The position numbers and the translations under genes are program-made. Shown here piece by piece: positions 31,357-41,026 of a stretch of DNA of 64,000 nt. Position 1 is the stretch's first letter. Each line of letters begins with the position of its first letter. The notes beneath the pieces were generated by a model. It searched no databases, was not told the DNA's origin, and worked only from the letters and a program-made list of their open reading frames with translations. Source of the DNA: Candidatus Latescibacterota bacterium. Its GTDB lineage: Bacteria; Latescibacterota; UBA2968; UBA8231. The stretch spans positions 3,872,001 through 3,936,000 of the forward strand of contig OZ242005.1 of NCBI GenBank assembly GCA_965204725.1, in the 5' to 3' direction.

Positions 31357-32033
31357 GCTAGCCGCTTCCACACATCCGCTTGCTGGCTCTCCACTTGCAC
31401 GAGCCGCGCTTCTTCAAGCACATAACCGCTGAGTTGGCCGCCGTAGATGCAGCCCGAGTCAAGGCCGAGGAGATAGGGGCGGCCAGCGCGTTTTTTGAGC
31501 ACCAAGCCGCCGGGCGCGTCGTGGCCAAAGACGAGCAAGGGATGCACCGGCTCGTAGAAATCGTGCCAACGCGGGCGGGCGAGATCGCTGGAGGGCGGCC
31601 AAGTGCGGATCTTCAGGAATTCGGCGCGGCGGGTGCCTTGTAAGCCCTTTTTCGGGTGGATGCCAGCGTGGACCAAGAGAAAGGCGTCTTCTGCGATGTA
31701 GAGCGGGCACTGCCGAAGCCAAGCGAGAATTTCGCGGTGGACGGGCTGGAGCTGGGCGCGGGTATAGCCTTGATCGGAAAACTTCTCTTTGGGCTTGCGG
31801 CCCTTGGCCAGCGCGGTTAGCTGCTTCAAGAGGCGGGCGTCGTGATTGCCCAACACCATCTCGGCCCCGGTGTCGCGGATCAACTGCCACACCGCTAGCG
31901 GGTCGGGGCCGCGGGAAAAAGCATCGCCGGTCAGCAACAGGCGATCCCGGGCCGCGTCGTAGTCTGCTTTTGCGAGGAGGGCTGCAAACTCGGCGGCGCA
32001 GCCGTGGACATCGCCGACGAAAATAGTACGCAT
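31353..32033 (-). CDS. Calcineurin-like metallophosphoesterase (ApaH-like)
   Basis: GDVHG, GD..SRGP, GNHD, VHAG, FGH, LDSGCIYGG.L. Confidence 0.92.
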   Translation of the reverse strand: MRTIFVGDVHGCAAEFAALLAKADYDAARDRLLLTGDAFSRGPDPLAVWQLIRDTGAEMVLGNHDARLLKQLTALAKGRKPKEKFSDQGYTRAQLQPVHREILAWLRQCPLYIAEDAFLLVHAGIHPKKGLQGTRRAEFLKIRTWPPSSDLARPRWHDFYEPVHPLLVFGHDAPGGLVLKKRAGRPYLLGLDSGCIYGGQLSGYVLEEARLVQVESQQADVWKRLA

Positions 32034-32101
32034 TAGATTTTCCTAGATTGCATTGCGGAAGGGCAAACGCTATCATACTCACCACTTCAAGATAGGCCCT
32101 G

Positions 32102-33442
32102 ATGGAAACTGCGACCACACTCACCCCGGCTCCGGCGTCTTGCCACGTGATGGCCAAGCCCTCGGGCTCGGTCTGCAACATCGACTGCAAGTACTGCTTC
32201 TATCTGGAGAAGGAAAAGCTCTACCCGGACGCGAGCAAAAATTGGCGCATGTCCGACGAGACGCTCGAACTCTACGTCAAGCAGTACATCGAGGCCCAAG
32301 ACGTGCCGCAGATAGATTTTGCTTGGCAGGGCGGCGAGCCGACCCTGATGGGCGTAGATTTTTTCCGCCGCGCAGTCCAGCTACAGCAGCAGTACGCCAA
32401 CGGCAAGTTGGTCACCAACGCCTTCCAGACCAACGGCATCCTCCTCAACGACGAGTGGGGCGAGTTCCTCGCCGAAAACAAATTCCTAGTCGGGCTGTCG
32501 ATTGACGGGCCGCGCCAGTACCACGACCGCTACCGGGTTGACAAGGGCCAGAAGCCGACCTACGACCGAGTGCAGGCCGGTTTGCAAACGCTCAAAAAGC
32601 ACGCGGTGGAATTCAATACCCTGACCGTGCTGCAAAACCACAACGCCGATCATCCGCTCGAAATCTATCGCTTCCTGCGCCAAGCGGGCTCGGGGTTTAT
32701 GCAGTTTATTCCCATCGTCGAGCGCGTCGCGCACGAGCCAGACGAAGACGGGTTGGAATTAGTCGATCCCGAATACGAGGGCCGGGCGCCGGTTTCCAAG
32801 TGGTCGGTGGGGCCGGGGCAGTACGGCAAGTTCCTCTGCGCGATCTTTGACGAGTGGGTGCGTAACGACGTCGGCCAAGTCTTTGTCCAGCTCTTTGACG
32901 TGACCCTCGGCTCGTGGCTGGGCCAAGATGCGAGCCTGTGCATCTTTGCCGAGACCTGCGGCAAGGCTCTGATCATTGAGCACAACGGCGACCTGTACTC
33001 TTGCGACCACTTCGTGTACTCGGATTATCGGCTGGGCAACGTCCACGACGAGAGCATCCGCGACATGGTCGCTAGCCCGCAGCAAACCAAGTTCGGGCAG
33101 GACAAAAAGGACGCGCTGCCCCAGTACTGCATCGAATGCGATTTTCGGTTTGCCTGCAATGGCGGCTGCCCCAAGCACCGCTTTACCAAAACCCCACGCG
33201 GCGAAGGGGGTCTCAACTATCTGTGCAAAGGGTACAAGATGTACTTCGGGCACGTTGACCCCTACATGCGCTTTATGGCCAACGAATTGCGGCACGGCCG
33301 GCCGGCCACCGGCGTGATGGAATGGGCGAGAAAAAGGGACGCGGTCAAGTCGGCCCTGCACCAAAAGACCCCTAGGCGCAACGACCCGTGCTCCTGCGGC
33401 AGCGGCAAGAAGTACAAGCGCTGCTGTGGCCGGGCCGCATAA
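32102..33442 (+). CDS. Anaerobic sulfatase maturase (radical SAM/SPASM, C-terminal SEC-C)
   Basis: CNIDCKYC, WQGGEP, QTNG, YSCDHFV, CNGGCPK, RNDPCSCGSGKKYKRCC. Confidence 0.95.
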   Translation: METATTLTPAPASCHVMAKPSGSVCNIDCKYCFYLEKEKLYPDASKNWRMSDETLELYVKQYIEAQDVPQIDFAWQGGEPTLMGVDFFRRAVQLQQQYANGKLVTNAFQTNGILLNDEWGEFLAENKFLVGLSIDGPRQYHDRYRVDKGQKPTYDRVQAGLQTLKKHAVEFNTLTVLQNHNADHPLEIYRFLRQAGSGFMQFIPIVERVAHEPDEDGLELVDPEYEGRAPVSKWSVGPGQYGKFLCAIFDEWVRNDVGQVFVQLFDVTLGSWLGQDASLCIFAETCGKALIIEHNGDLYSCDHFVYSDYRLGNVHDESIRDMVASPQQTKFGQDKKDALPQYCIECDFRFACNGGCPKHRFTKTPRGEGGLNYLCKGYKMYFGHVDPYMRFMANELRHGRPATGVMEWARKRDAVKSALHQKTPRRNDPCSCGSGKKYKRCCGRAA

Positions 33443-33455
33443 CGGAAAGGCACTA

Positions 33456-34358
33456 ATGATCGATATCGAGCTACATCCCGCAGACTGCAAGGCCGTCGTC
33501 GCGATTGACGGCCAGCTTTTTACTGAGTACCGCTACGGCCACTACGTGTGCCGCCCGTACTTCTATCCCGTGCTGACGCCCAGCGGCAGCGGCCTGACCC
33601 GCGCCTATCCAATGGAAAATGTCGCCGGCGAAAACCAAGATCACTACCACCATCGCGGCATCTACACGGCCCACGGCCTCGTCAACGGCCACAACCTCTG
33701 GGACGAGGGCACCGGGCACGGCGCCATGCTCCAGCGGGGCGAGCCGGTAGTCGGCGCAGCCGACGGCACCGCGCAGATCGATGGGATCGTCGATTGGTTC
33801 GGGCCGGAGGGGGAGAAGCTGTTGGAGGAGCGGCGCACCCTCGCGATCCGCGCTCAAGGTGCGTTGCGGATCATGGACCAACGCAGCGAATTCCGCGCTC
33901 GCTACGGCGACGCGACCTTCGGCGACACCAAAGAAGGCGGGCTGTTTGCCATCCGAGTGCCGACCTCCATGGATGCCAAGGAAGCGGGGCGGATTGAAAA
34001 CTCCGCTGGCCAAGTCTTTGAAAACGGCCAAGGCCCAGAGGTTACTTGGGGCCAGCAGGCGGCTTGGGTTGACTATTCCGGGCCGGTGGCCGCTGGCGAG
34101 GAGTGGGGGCACACTGTCGTCGATCACTGCGACAATCCTCGCCACCCGACCTACTGGCACGTGCGCGGCTACGGGCTGTTTACCGCCAATCCCTTTGGGG
34201 TACGCGATTTCAAGGGCGACGAAAGCCTCGACGCGAGCCAGACCATCCCCGGCGGCGACAAAGCCGTCTTCCGCTACCGACTGATCATCCACCCCGGGCG
34301 CGGCGTTGACGGGCACCCAGACGTGCGCCCGCTAATTGAGCAGTTCCAAGCGGGATAG
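33456..34358 (+). CDS. DUF6807/'PmoA'-family protein (not a true methane monooxygenase)
   Basis: PYFYP..TPSG..LTR, DH.HHRG, DTKEGG...IRV, W.DYSG, NP..PT.WH.R.YGL..ANPFG. Confidence 0.8.
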   Translation: MIDIELHPADCKAVVAIDGQLFTEYRYGHYVCRPYFYPVLTPSGSGLTRAYPMENVAGENQDHYHHRGIYTAHGLVNGHNLWDEGTGHGAMLQRGEPVVGAADGTAQIDGIVDWFGPEGEKLLEERRTLAIRAQGALRIMDQRSEFRARYGDATFGDTKEGGLFAIRVPTSMDAKEAGRIENSAGQVFENGQGPEVTWGQQAAWVDYSGPVAAGEEWGHTVVDHCDNPRHPTYWHVRGYGLFTANPFGVRDFKGDESLDASQTIPGGDKAVFRYRLIIHPGRGVDGHPDVRPLIEQFQAG

Positions 34359-34411
34359 GATGGGACCTGTAGTAGAGCAATTTTGCCACAGCCTCAAATA
34401 GACGGAGAGCA

Positions 34412-35470
34412 ATGACGAAGAGCAACAAGCTGCGCGTCGCCCTAATTGGTGCGGGCGGCATCGCTAAGGCACATATACGCTATTACCAAGACATGGACGA
34501 CGTGGAGATGGTGGCCGTGGCGGACGTGGTCCTCGAAAGGGCGCGAGCCTGTTGCGAGGAATACCAAATCCCCCAAGCCTACGCAGACTACGAGGACCTG
34601 CTCCGGCAGGCCAAACCCGACGCGGTGAGCGTCTGTACGCCCAACGGCCTACACGCCCCCTGTACTATCGCCGCGCTCGACGCGGGTGCCCACGTCCTCG
34701 TGGAGAAGCCATTGGCCATGAATGCCCGCGAGGGCCAAAAGATGCTCGACGCCGCAGAGAAAAACGGCAAAAAGCTGATCATTGGCTTCCAGAACCGCTA
34801 TGACCCGAAGACGGAGTTTGTCAAGAAGCTCGTTGACGATGGCGAGCTGGGCACGCTCCTGTACGCCCGGGTGCAGGCCCTGCGGCGGCGGGGCATTCCC
34901 AACTGGGGCGTCTTTGGCCGCAAGGATCTGCAAGGCGGCGGGCCGTTGATCGATATCGGCGTCCACATGCTGGAGACCACGCACTATGCGATGGGCGCAC
35001 CCAAACCGGTAGCCGCCAGTGGCAGCGCCTATACCTATATCGGCAACGAGCCGTCAAACGTGCGCTCGCACTGGCCCAACTGGGATCACCAGACCTATAC
35101 GGTCGAGGACTTAATGGTGGGACACATCCGCTTTGCAACCGGCGCGATGCTCAGCATTGAGACCAGCTTCGCCGCCCATATCGAGAAGAACGAGTGGAAC
35201 TTCACCCTGATGGGCGATAAGGGCGGTGCCAACTGGGATCCCCCGGGCTTTTTCCACGACGCCAACGATTACATGGTCAACACTCGGCCCGACTGGATGC
35301 CCAGCGGCCCAGCCGCCGACTCCTTCGGCCTGAGGATGCGCAACTTTGTCGATCACGTACTCTACGACGCAGAAACCCTAGCACCCGGAGCGCACGGGCT
35401 GATGGTCCAAAAGATGATTGACGGACTGTACGAATCGGCAGAACAGGGGCGAGAAGTGCCGATTGAGTAG
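34412..35470 (+). CDS. Gfo/Idh/MocA oxidoreductase
   Basis: IGAGGI, CTPN..H, HVLVEKP, GGGPLIDIGVH. Confidence 0.95.
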   Translation: MTKSNKLRVALIGAGGIAKAHIRYYQDMDDVEMVAVADVVLERARACCEEYQIPQAYADYEDLLRQAKPDAVSVCTPNGLHAPCTIAALDAGAHVLVEKPLAMNAREGQKMLDAAEKNGKKLIIGFQNRYDPKTEFVKKLVDDGELGTLLYARVQALRRRGIPNWGVFGRKDLQGGGPLIDIGVHMLETTHYAMGAPKPVAASGSAYTYIGNEPSNVRSHWPNWDHQTYTVEDLMVGHIRFATGAMLSIETSFAAHIEKNEWNFTLMGDKGGANWDPPGFFHDANDYMVNTRPDWMPSGPAADSFGLRMRNFVDHVLYDAETLAPGAHGLMVQKMIDGLYESAEQGREVPIE

Positions 35471-35511
35471 GCGGGCGATGCGGGCGGCCTGTCGTTGCTT
35501 CTTTCTAAAAA

Positions 35512-35550
35512 TGGCGTAAATTTTGAAGTAATGCTTCAAATTATACGCCA
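35512..35550 (+). promoter_or_regulatory. Palindromic operator-like site TGGCGTAAATTTTGAA-N7-TTCAAATTATACGCCA
   Basis: Long imperfect inverted repeat overlapping ATG 35531; same core as sites at 28421 and 30124/30155. Confidence 0.7.
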
Positions 35551-36790
35551 AATCCAACAAGACATACAAGGTGTTCACCGGCGCGAGCGCGGACGCCTCC
35601 TCGTGCTTACGGGAGCACGTCAAGTGGGGAAATCCACCCTTGCCAGCATGGCGTTTCCCGACTATCCAGTGATCAATCTAGATTCGCCTGTGGAACGAGC
35701 GGCCTACGAGCAGCTAGGGCCGGAAGAATGGGTGGCCCGCTACCCCTGCGCCATCATCGACGAAGCGCAGAAGTTGCCGGCGGTCATCGAGACCGTGAAA
35801 GCGTGTTACGACCGCGATGCGGGGGTGCGGTATATCCTGCTAGGGTCGAGCCAGATTCTGCTACTCGAAAAAGTGCGCGAATCGCTCGCTGGACGTGCGG
35901 CGCTGCGGGCACTTTTCCCGTTTACTCTGCCGGAATTGCTGGCAGCGACCGGCGCGAGCCGACTGGTCGAGATACTCTCTGCCGACGACCCGGTCCGCGC
36001 CCTCGACCAACTATGCCCGGCGACGTACCGCATTACCGCAGCCTACGCGCAGGCCAAAACGCGCTGGGAGTACTTCCTGCACTGGGGTGGGATGCCGCGG
36101 CTTAGGGAATGGGATGACGAGGACCGCTTCGCGTGGTTGCAGGACTACCAAGCGATGTATCTCCAGCGCGACTTGGGCGATTTGGCGCAGTTGCGGCGGC
36201 TGGAGCCTTTTGTCCGCGCCCAGCAAGCGGCGGCTCTACGTTCGGGACAGGTGATCAATTTCTCGGATCTGGCGCGGCTGAGCGACGTGTCTCCGGCGAC
36301 CGCACGGCAGTTTACGCGCTATTTGGAACTGAGCTACCAGATTATTCTGTTGCCGGCTTGGTATCGCAACGCGGAAAAACGCCTGAGCAAGCAAAGCAAG
36401 CTGCACTTTGTCGATCCGGGGATCCGCCGGGGTATTCTGCGAAAGCGCGGGGGGATTGACGGCGCGGAACTGGAAAGTGCGGTGGTCGCCGAAATCTACA
36501 AGCAGTGCCGCAACGCCCAACTGCCGGTTGAACTATACCATCTGCGCACCGCGGACCGACGCGAGGTCGATTTGTTGATTGAGCGCGAGGACGGGTTTAT
36601 CGCCGTGGAAGTCAAACAGACCGCGCGGATCAGCACCACCGATTTTCGCCATCTTCGCGGTCTAGAGGACTTGCTGGATAAGCCGCTGCTGTTGGGCTTG
36701 GTGGCCTCAAACGATGCGTCGAGCATCTCCAGCACGGCCGGGCGGCTGCGCCACGTAGCGATTCCGCATTTGCTATCGGGAGCAGGATAG
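35531..36790 (+). CDS. AAA_14/DUF4143 ATP-binding protein (second)
   Basis: GARQVGKST, IDEAQK, GSS, ESLAGR, GGMP, Y..RD, KLHFVD.G, EVDL...EVK. Confidence 0.92.
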   Translation: MLQIIRQIQQDIQGVHRRERGRLLVLTGARQVGKSTLASMAFPDYPVINLDSPVERAAYEQLGPEEWVARYPCAIIDEAQKLPAVIETVKACYDRDAGVRYILLGSSQILLLEKVRESLAGRAALRALFPFTLPELLAATGASRLVEILSADDPVRALDQLCPATYRITAAYAQAKTRWEYFLHWGGMPRLREWDDEDRFAWLQDYQAMYLQRDLGDLAQLRRLEPFVRAQQAAALRSGQVINFSDLARLSDVSPATARQFTRYLELSYQIILLPAWYRNAEKRLSKQSKLHFVDPGIRRGILRKRGGIDGAELESAVVAEIYKQCRNAQLPVELYHLRTADRREVDLLIEREDGFIAVEVKQTARISTTDFRHLRGLEDLLDKPLLLGLVASNDASSISSTAGRLRHVAIPHLLSGAG

Positions 36791-36811
36791 GCTGCCTCGG
36801 AGTTCGCTGGA

Positions 36812-37642
36812 TTAGCTCCCATCTAAAATCGGTATGATCCCCCGACCTGCGAGAATACTGTCGCGTTCCTGTTCGCTCCATTCTGGAATTTCGACCTCTT
36901 TACAAGCGCGGGAAAGACGGCACTGAACTCGGTTCCGGTAGTACTGTGTCCGCATGGTCACAATCAGTTGACCGCCTAGCTGGTCCAACTCCGAGGCAAA
37001 TTTTTCGGCAATTCGTGCCCAGTCCTTTGCTGGCTGCTGGTTCACGCCGTCAATAAGGACTGCAAGACGAAGCTGTTCCGCCGGATTCTCTCGCCAGTGG
37101 TCGAGTATTCTGCTCCATTTCTCGCGTCCGCGTACGTGCCCCCCGGTTTGTTCAATCAATGCCGAAATCAGCAATTTCTTCACGTCATTCTGTTCCGCTA
37201 TGTCGGCAAATGCGTTCGGGGTCAGGACGACCAGCAGCGGTTTTTCTTCGACAGAGAGCCAACTCTGGGCGACAAGCCACGATTTGCCATGTCCTTCGCC
37301 ACCGATGACGCAGAGAATCTCTTGGTTCGGTTTGCCGGTCAAGAATGAGCGAAGTTCGGCGACAAGGTTGTCACGAGGGAGTACCGCCCCATTTGCCGCG
37401 TCCGAAGGCGACAGGGGTTGGCCAAATCGCTCTCGCGCCAACTGGCTGCTAGAAAAGGTTTTGGTCAGCCATTCGGCATTAGCCTGCCGCGCTGTAGATA
37501 TTCCGAGTGTTTCCATATCTGGCGTCAGGCACATCTGGTCGAACGTGTCCATGGTCGTTTTATCCATGACGCCTGCCTCATGTAGCCCTAGCGCAGTCTC
37601 GTGTACGGCCTCTAGCGCGTCACTTTTATAGTGTTTACTCAT
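36812..37642 (-). pseudogene. Chimera: first about 41 aa of an HTH antitoxin fused to an internal P-loop (STAND/NACHT-like) NTPase fragment
   Basis: MSKHYKSDALEAVHETA..L...G.MDK.TM..FD..CL antitoxin start, lacking HTH; then GGEGHGKS Walker A and VLIDG Walker B, ends abruptly. Confidence 0.65.
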
Positions 37643-37898
37643 TGTATATAACCTCCGTGATCGTTCCGTTCTTCACCGCCGCCGCCAGTGCCTTATCATC
37701 AAAGGCAAGCATCTCGCTGGCCAACTCTCGGAAAGCCTGTAACTCGTTCTGCGGGATGTTGTCTTGGTCGCTCTTGGCGAAGCCATAAACGAAAAACGCT
37801 CTTTCGGCTCGCCGGAAGAGCACAATGCTCCGATACCCTCCCGACTTTCCCTGTCCTCTCCGTGCCAGACGCTGCTTGCTTGGCTTTGGGGCGATCAA
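37635..37898 (-). pseudogene. 5'-truncated RelE-like toxin (DUF1044 type)
   Basis: KQRLAR.GQGKSGGYR, FFVYGFAK....NI; the usual N-terminal part is missing. Confidence 0.75.
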
Positions 37899-38093
37899 CC
37901 TGCGCGGACAGCCGCTGCGAGGCTTGTCATAGACCCCTTCAACATTATATTATTTTTCACGACAATAGCCTAACACTCCCGCCTTCCTGCGAGAATGCCT
38001 CAACGCATATATAAGTGAGGAAGACCGCTGCAAACGCTTCCTCGAGGCGTCTTGTGAACACGCCCTATCAGCATTTCAATCCTACATACAAAA

Positions 38094-39728
38094 ATGTCAA
38101 CACGACTTACTTCTAGGCCCCCGGCCGAGCCATTGTGTGCAAAAGCCATGCGCTGGCACCGGCGGGCGATAATCATTGTCTGCCTCCTAACCGTTCAGGC
38201 GGTCATGTCGGGGTGTTTGCTGAAAGGCGAGGAACTCCGGCCGAATGTCGTCCTCATCTTCGTCGATGACCTCGGCTACAACGACGTCAGCTACAACGGC
38301 GCCACGGAAATAGAGACGCCCAACATCGACCGGCTGGCCCAAGAGGGCATAATTTTTTCCAATGGCTACGTCGTGCATCCCACCTGCGGGCCGTCCCGTG
38401 CGGGCCTGCTAACTGGCCGCTACCCAGCGCGTTTTGGCATGGAGGCCAACCTCGCCTACGCGCCCTTTGACTCGGAGTATGGCCTTCCGGTGGAGGAGAC
38501 GACCGTGGCCGCTTACCTCAAGGACATGGGCTACCGGACGGGTATCGTCGGCAAGTGGCAGTTGGGGGCTGCGCCGCCCTTTAACCCGCTCAACCGCGGG
38601 TTCGACTACTTCTACGGCTTCCTCGGCGGCGAACACAACTACTTCCAGGTCGATGGCGCCCACTCCGGGACCTCCCAAGCCATAATTAGCTACCTCCCGC
38701 TCAACGAGAACCGCAGCGCGACCGGGTTCGACGGCTACCTGACCGACGCGCTCACGGACCACGCGATTGAATTCGTCCATGAGAATCGCGGCGACCCGTT
38801 CTTCCTGTACCTCGCGTACAACGCGCCGCACACCCCCCTACAGGCACCCGACAACCTCATTGAGAAGTATTCCAAGAAGATCACTTCTAAAGTGCATCGC
38901 CTGCTGGACAAACGGCAGACCTCCGACGACCTCAACGACCAAAGGCGACGCACCTACTTGGCCATGATTAGCTCATTGGACCAGAACATCGGGAGGGTGC
39001 TGGACACGCTCGCTAAAATCGGCAAACGCGACAATACGCTGATCTTCTTCCTCAGCGACAACGGCGGCGTTTACCCTAAGAACGACGCCGATCGGCACAC
39101 TTGGGCGGACAACTCCCCGTTCAGCAAGGGTAAAAACAGCTTCTTCGAAGGCGGGATCCGGGTGCCCTTTGTGGCCTCGTGGCCGGCCCGGTGGCCGCAG
39201 GGCGAGACCTTTGAGCCGATGGTTAGCAGCCTCGACATCGCCGCTACCGCAATGGCCTTGGTCGGCTCAGAGGCGGACGCCAGTCGCCCGCTAGACGGTG
39301 TGAATCTCGACCCATTTCTTCGGGGAGAGACCGCCGGCCCCCCGCACGAAGCTCTCTTCTGGCGGCAGGCAAACGAGGTGCCGTACAGGACGCAGTTCGC
39401 GGTCCGAACCGGCAGCGCAAAGCTCGTCAAGGACAGCGAGGAGGGAGAAGCCCAACTCTTCGACTTGGAACGCGACCCAGGCGAGACGCGCAACCTGATC
39501 GATGGCGACCCCGAAACGGCGGCCCGCCTCGCCGAGCACTGGAACGCTTGGAACCGAGATAACGTCAGTCTTAACGTCTATGCCGGCCCGAGCTTCTACG
39601 AGAGCGTCCGCGCCAAGTCCGTTCAGAGACTGGCCGAGGATTTGAACGCGAGGGAAGCGGAAACGCCGCCCTTCCAAATTGGCACCGTTCCGACCACTGA
39701 TCCGTCTGAGGAACCTGCGGCTCAGTAA
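38094..39728 (+). CDS. Exported Cys-type sulfatase (arylsulfatase-like)
   Basis: PNV....DDLG, CGPSRAGLLTG, GKW, RGFD, SDNG, EGGIRVP; hydrophobic leader ending MSGC; true start may be 38148. Confidence 0.95.
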   Translation: MSTRLTSRPPAEPLCAKAMRWHRRAIIIVCLLTVQAVMSGCLLKGEELRPNVVLIFVDDLGYNDVSYNGATEIETPNIDRLAQEGIIFSNGYVVHPTCGPSRAGLLTGRYPARFGMEANLAYAPFDSEYGLPVEETTVAAYLKDMGYRTGIVGKWQLGAAPPFNPLNRGFDYFYGFLGGEHNYFQVDGAHSGTSQAIISYLPLNENRSATGFDGYLTDALTDHAIEFVHENRGDPFFLYLAYNAPHTPLQAPDNLIEKYSKKITSKVHRLLDKRQTSDDLNDQRRRTYLAMISSLDQNIGRVLDTLAKIGKRDNTLIFFLSDNGGVYPKNDADRHTWADNSPFSKGKNSFFEGGIRVPFVASWPARWPQGETFEPMVSSLDIAATAMALVGSEADASRPLDGVNLDPFLRGETAGPPHEALFWRQANEVPYRTQFAVRTGSAKLVKDSEEGEAQLFDLERDPGETRNLIDGDPETAARLAEHWNAWNRDNVSLNVYAGPSFYESVRAKSVQRLAEDLNAREAETPPFQIGTVPTTDPSEEPAAQ

Positions 39729-39734
39729 CCGCCG

Positions 39735-40982
39735 TTAGCCCCTCGCCATCACAAATTCCCCAACGACCTGCACCATTACCGAATCGCCGGCCTCGACGCG
39801 CTGGTGGGGTTCGAGGACGACGAAGCTGTTGGCGTTGAGCATGGAGCTGATTATGTGCGAGCCTTGGCTGCGGGCAGGACGCACCCAGAACTGGCCATCT
39901 TGGTAGCGCAGGGTCGCGCGCATGTACTGGCGGCGGTCGCCATCGTTGGCGCAGGGGCTTTCCACCCGGGCGGACGCCTCGGGCAGAAACCACGCCGATT
40001 GCGGATAGCCGGCGGCCTTGCGGATGGCGGGGCGCACGAACTGGAGAAAGGACATCATGCTCGATACCGGGTTGCCGGGCAGGCCGAAATAGGGCACGCC
40101 GCCGACCGTGCAAAAGACCAGCGGCTTGCCCGGCTTCATGGCCACGCGCCAAAAGATCGTTTCGCTCCCCAAATCGTCGAGGACCTTTTTGACGAAGTCG
40201 TATTCGCCGACCGAGACGCCGCCCGAGGAGACGGCAAAGTCAGCGCGGATCGCGGCCTCAATGGTGGCGCGGATCGCGGCTTCGTCGTCCGGGACTGTGG
40301 GCAGCATTATTGGTTCGGCCCCGTGGGCGCGGCAGAAGGCGGCTAGGGCGCACGTATTGCTGTTGACAATCTGGCCTTCTCCGGGCGTCTCCTCGATCTC
40401 GACCAACTCGTCGCCGGTGGAGAGGATCGCGACGCGCGGCCGGCGATACACGGAGACGAAGCTCTGCTGCACGGCGGCGAGTACGGCCAGTTCGCCCGGG
40501 CCGCACTCGGTCCCGGCCTTGATGACTGGCTCGTCACAGCGCATGTCCTCGCCGCGCCGGCGAATGTGTGCTCCGCACTCTTCAATGGCGCAGATTTCGA
40601 CCCCTTGTCCGGCGGGGCGGGTGTCCTCTACCGGGACGATGGTGTCGGCTCCGGCGGGCACGGCCGCGCCCGTCATAATGCGGCTGGCTTGGCCGGAGCC
40701 AACCGTCTTCTGCGGCACTTTGCCGGCCGGTATGTCTTCGATGACATCCAAGGCTATAGCCGCATCGTCGTCCCTCGCAGTGGCTACGTCCGCATGACGC
40801 ACGGCATAGCCGTCCATGGCCGAATTGTCGCAGGGTGGATTGTCGCGCCGCGCCAACACGTCTTGAGCGAGTACGCGGCCGGCAGCGTCGAGCAGAGAAA
40901 CGCGCTCAGGGCCGAGGACTTTCACGTGTTCGAGGACGATGGCGCGGGCTTCTTCCGGGGTGAGCATCGGGTCGGGGGGCAT
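39735..40982 (-). CDS. moeA: Molybdopterin molybdotransferase
   Basis: NSAMDGYA, IMTGA..P.GAD, STGDEL, SGGVSVG..D, KPGKP, LPGNPVS. Confidence 0.96.
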   Translation of the reverse strand: MPPDPMLTPEEARAIVLEHVKVLGPERVSLLDAAGRVLAQDVLARRDNPPCDNSAMDGYAVRHADVATARDDDAAIALDVIEDIPAGKVPQKTVGSGQASRIMTGAAVPAGADTIVPVEDTRPAGQGVEICAIEECGAHIRRRGEDMRCDEPVIKAGTECGPGELAVLAAVQQSFVSVYRRPRVAILSTGDELVEIEETPGEGQIVNSNTCALAAFCRAHGAEPIMLPTVPDDEAAIRATIEAAIRADFAVSSGGVSVGEYDFVKKVLDDLGSETIFWRVAMKPGKPLVFCTVGGVPYFGLPGNPVSSMMSFLQFVRPAIRKAAGYPQSAWFLPEASARVESPCANDGDRRQYMRATLRYQDGQFWVRPARSQGSHIISSMLNANSFVVLEPHQRVEAGDSVMVQVVGEFVMARG

Positions 40983-41026
40983 ATCGGGTATCTATGACTC
41001 CTTATGGCAAAACGGGCGAGACGCGA

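Noticed and set aside
33456-34358. Particulate methane monooxygenase subunit
   Set aside because: Soluble protein with no TM helices, no pmoB/pmoC; family name is misleading
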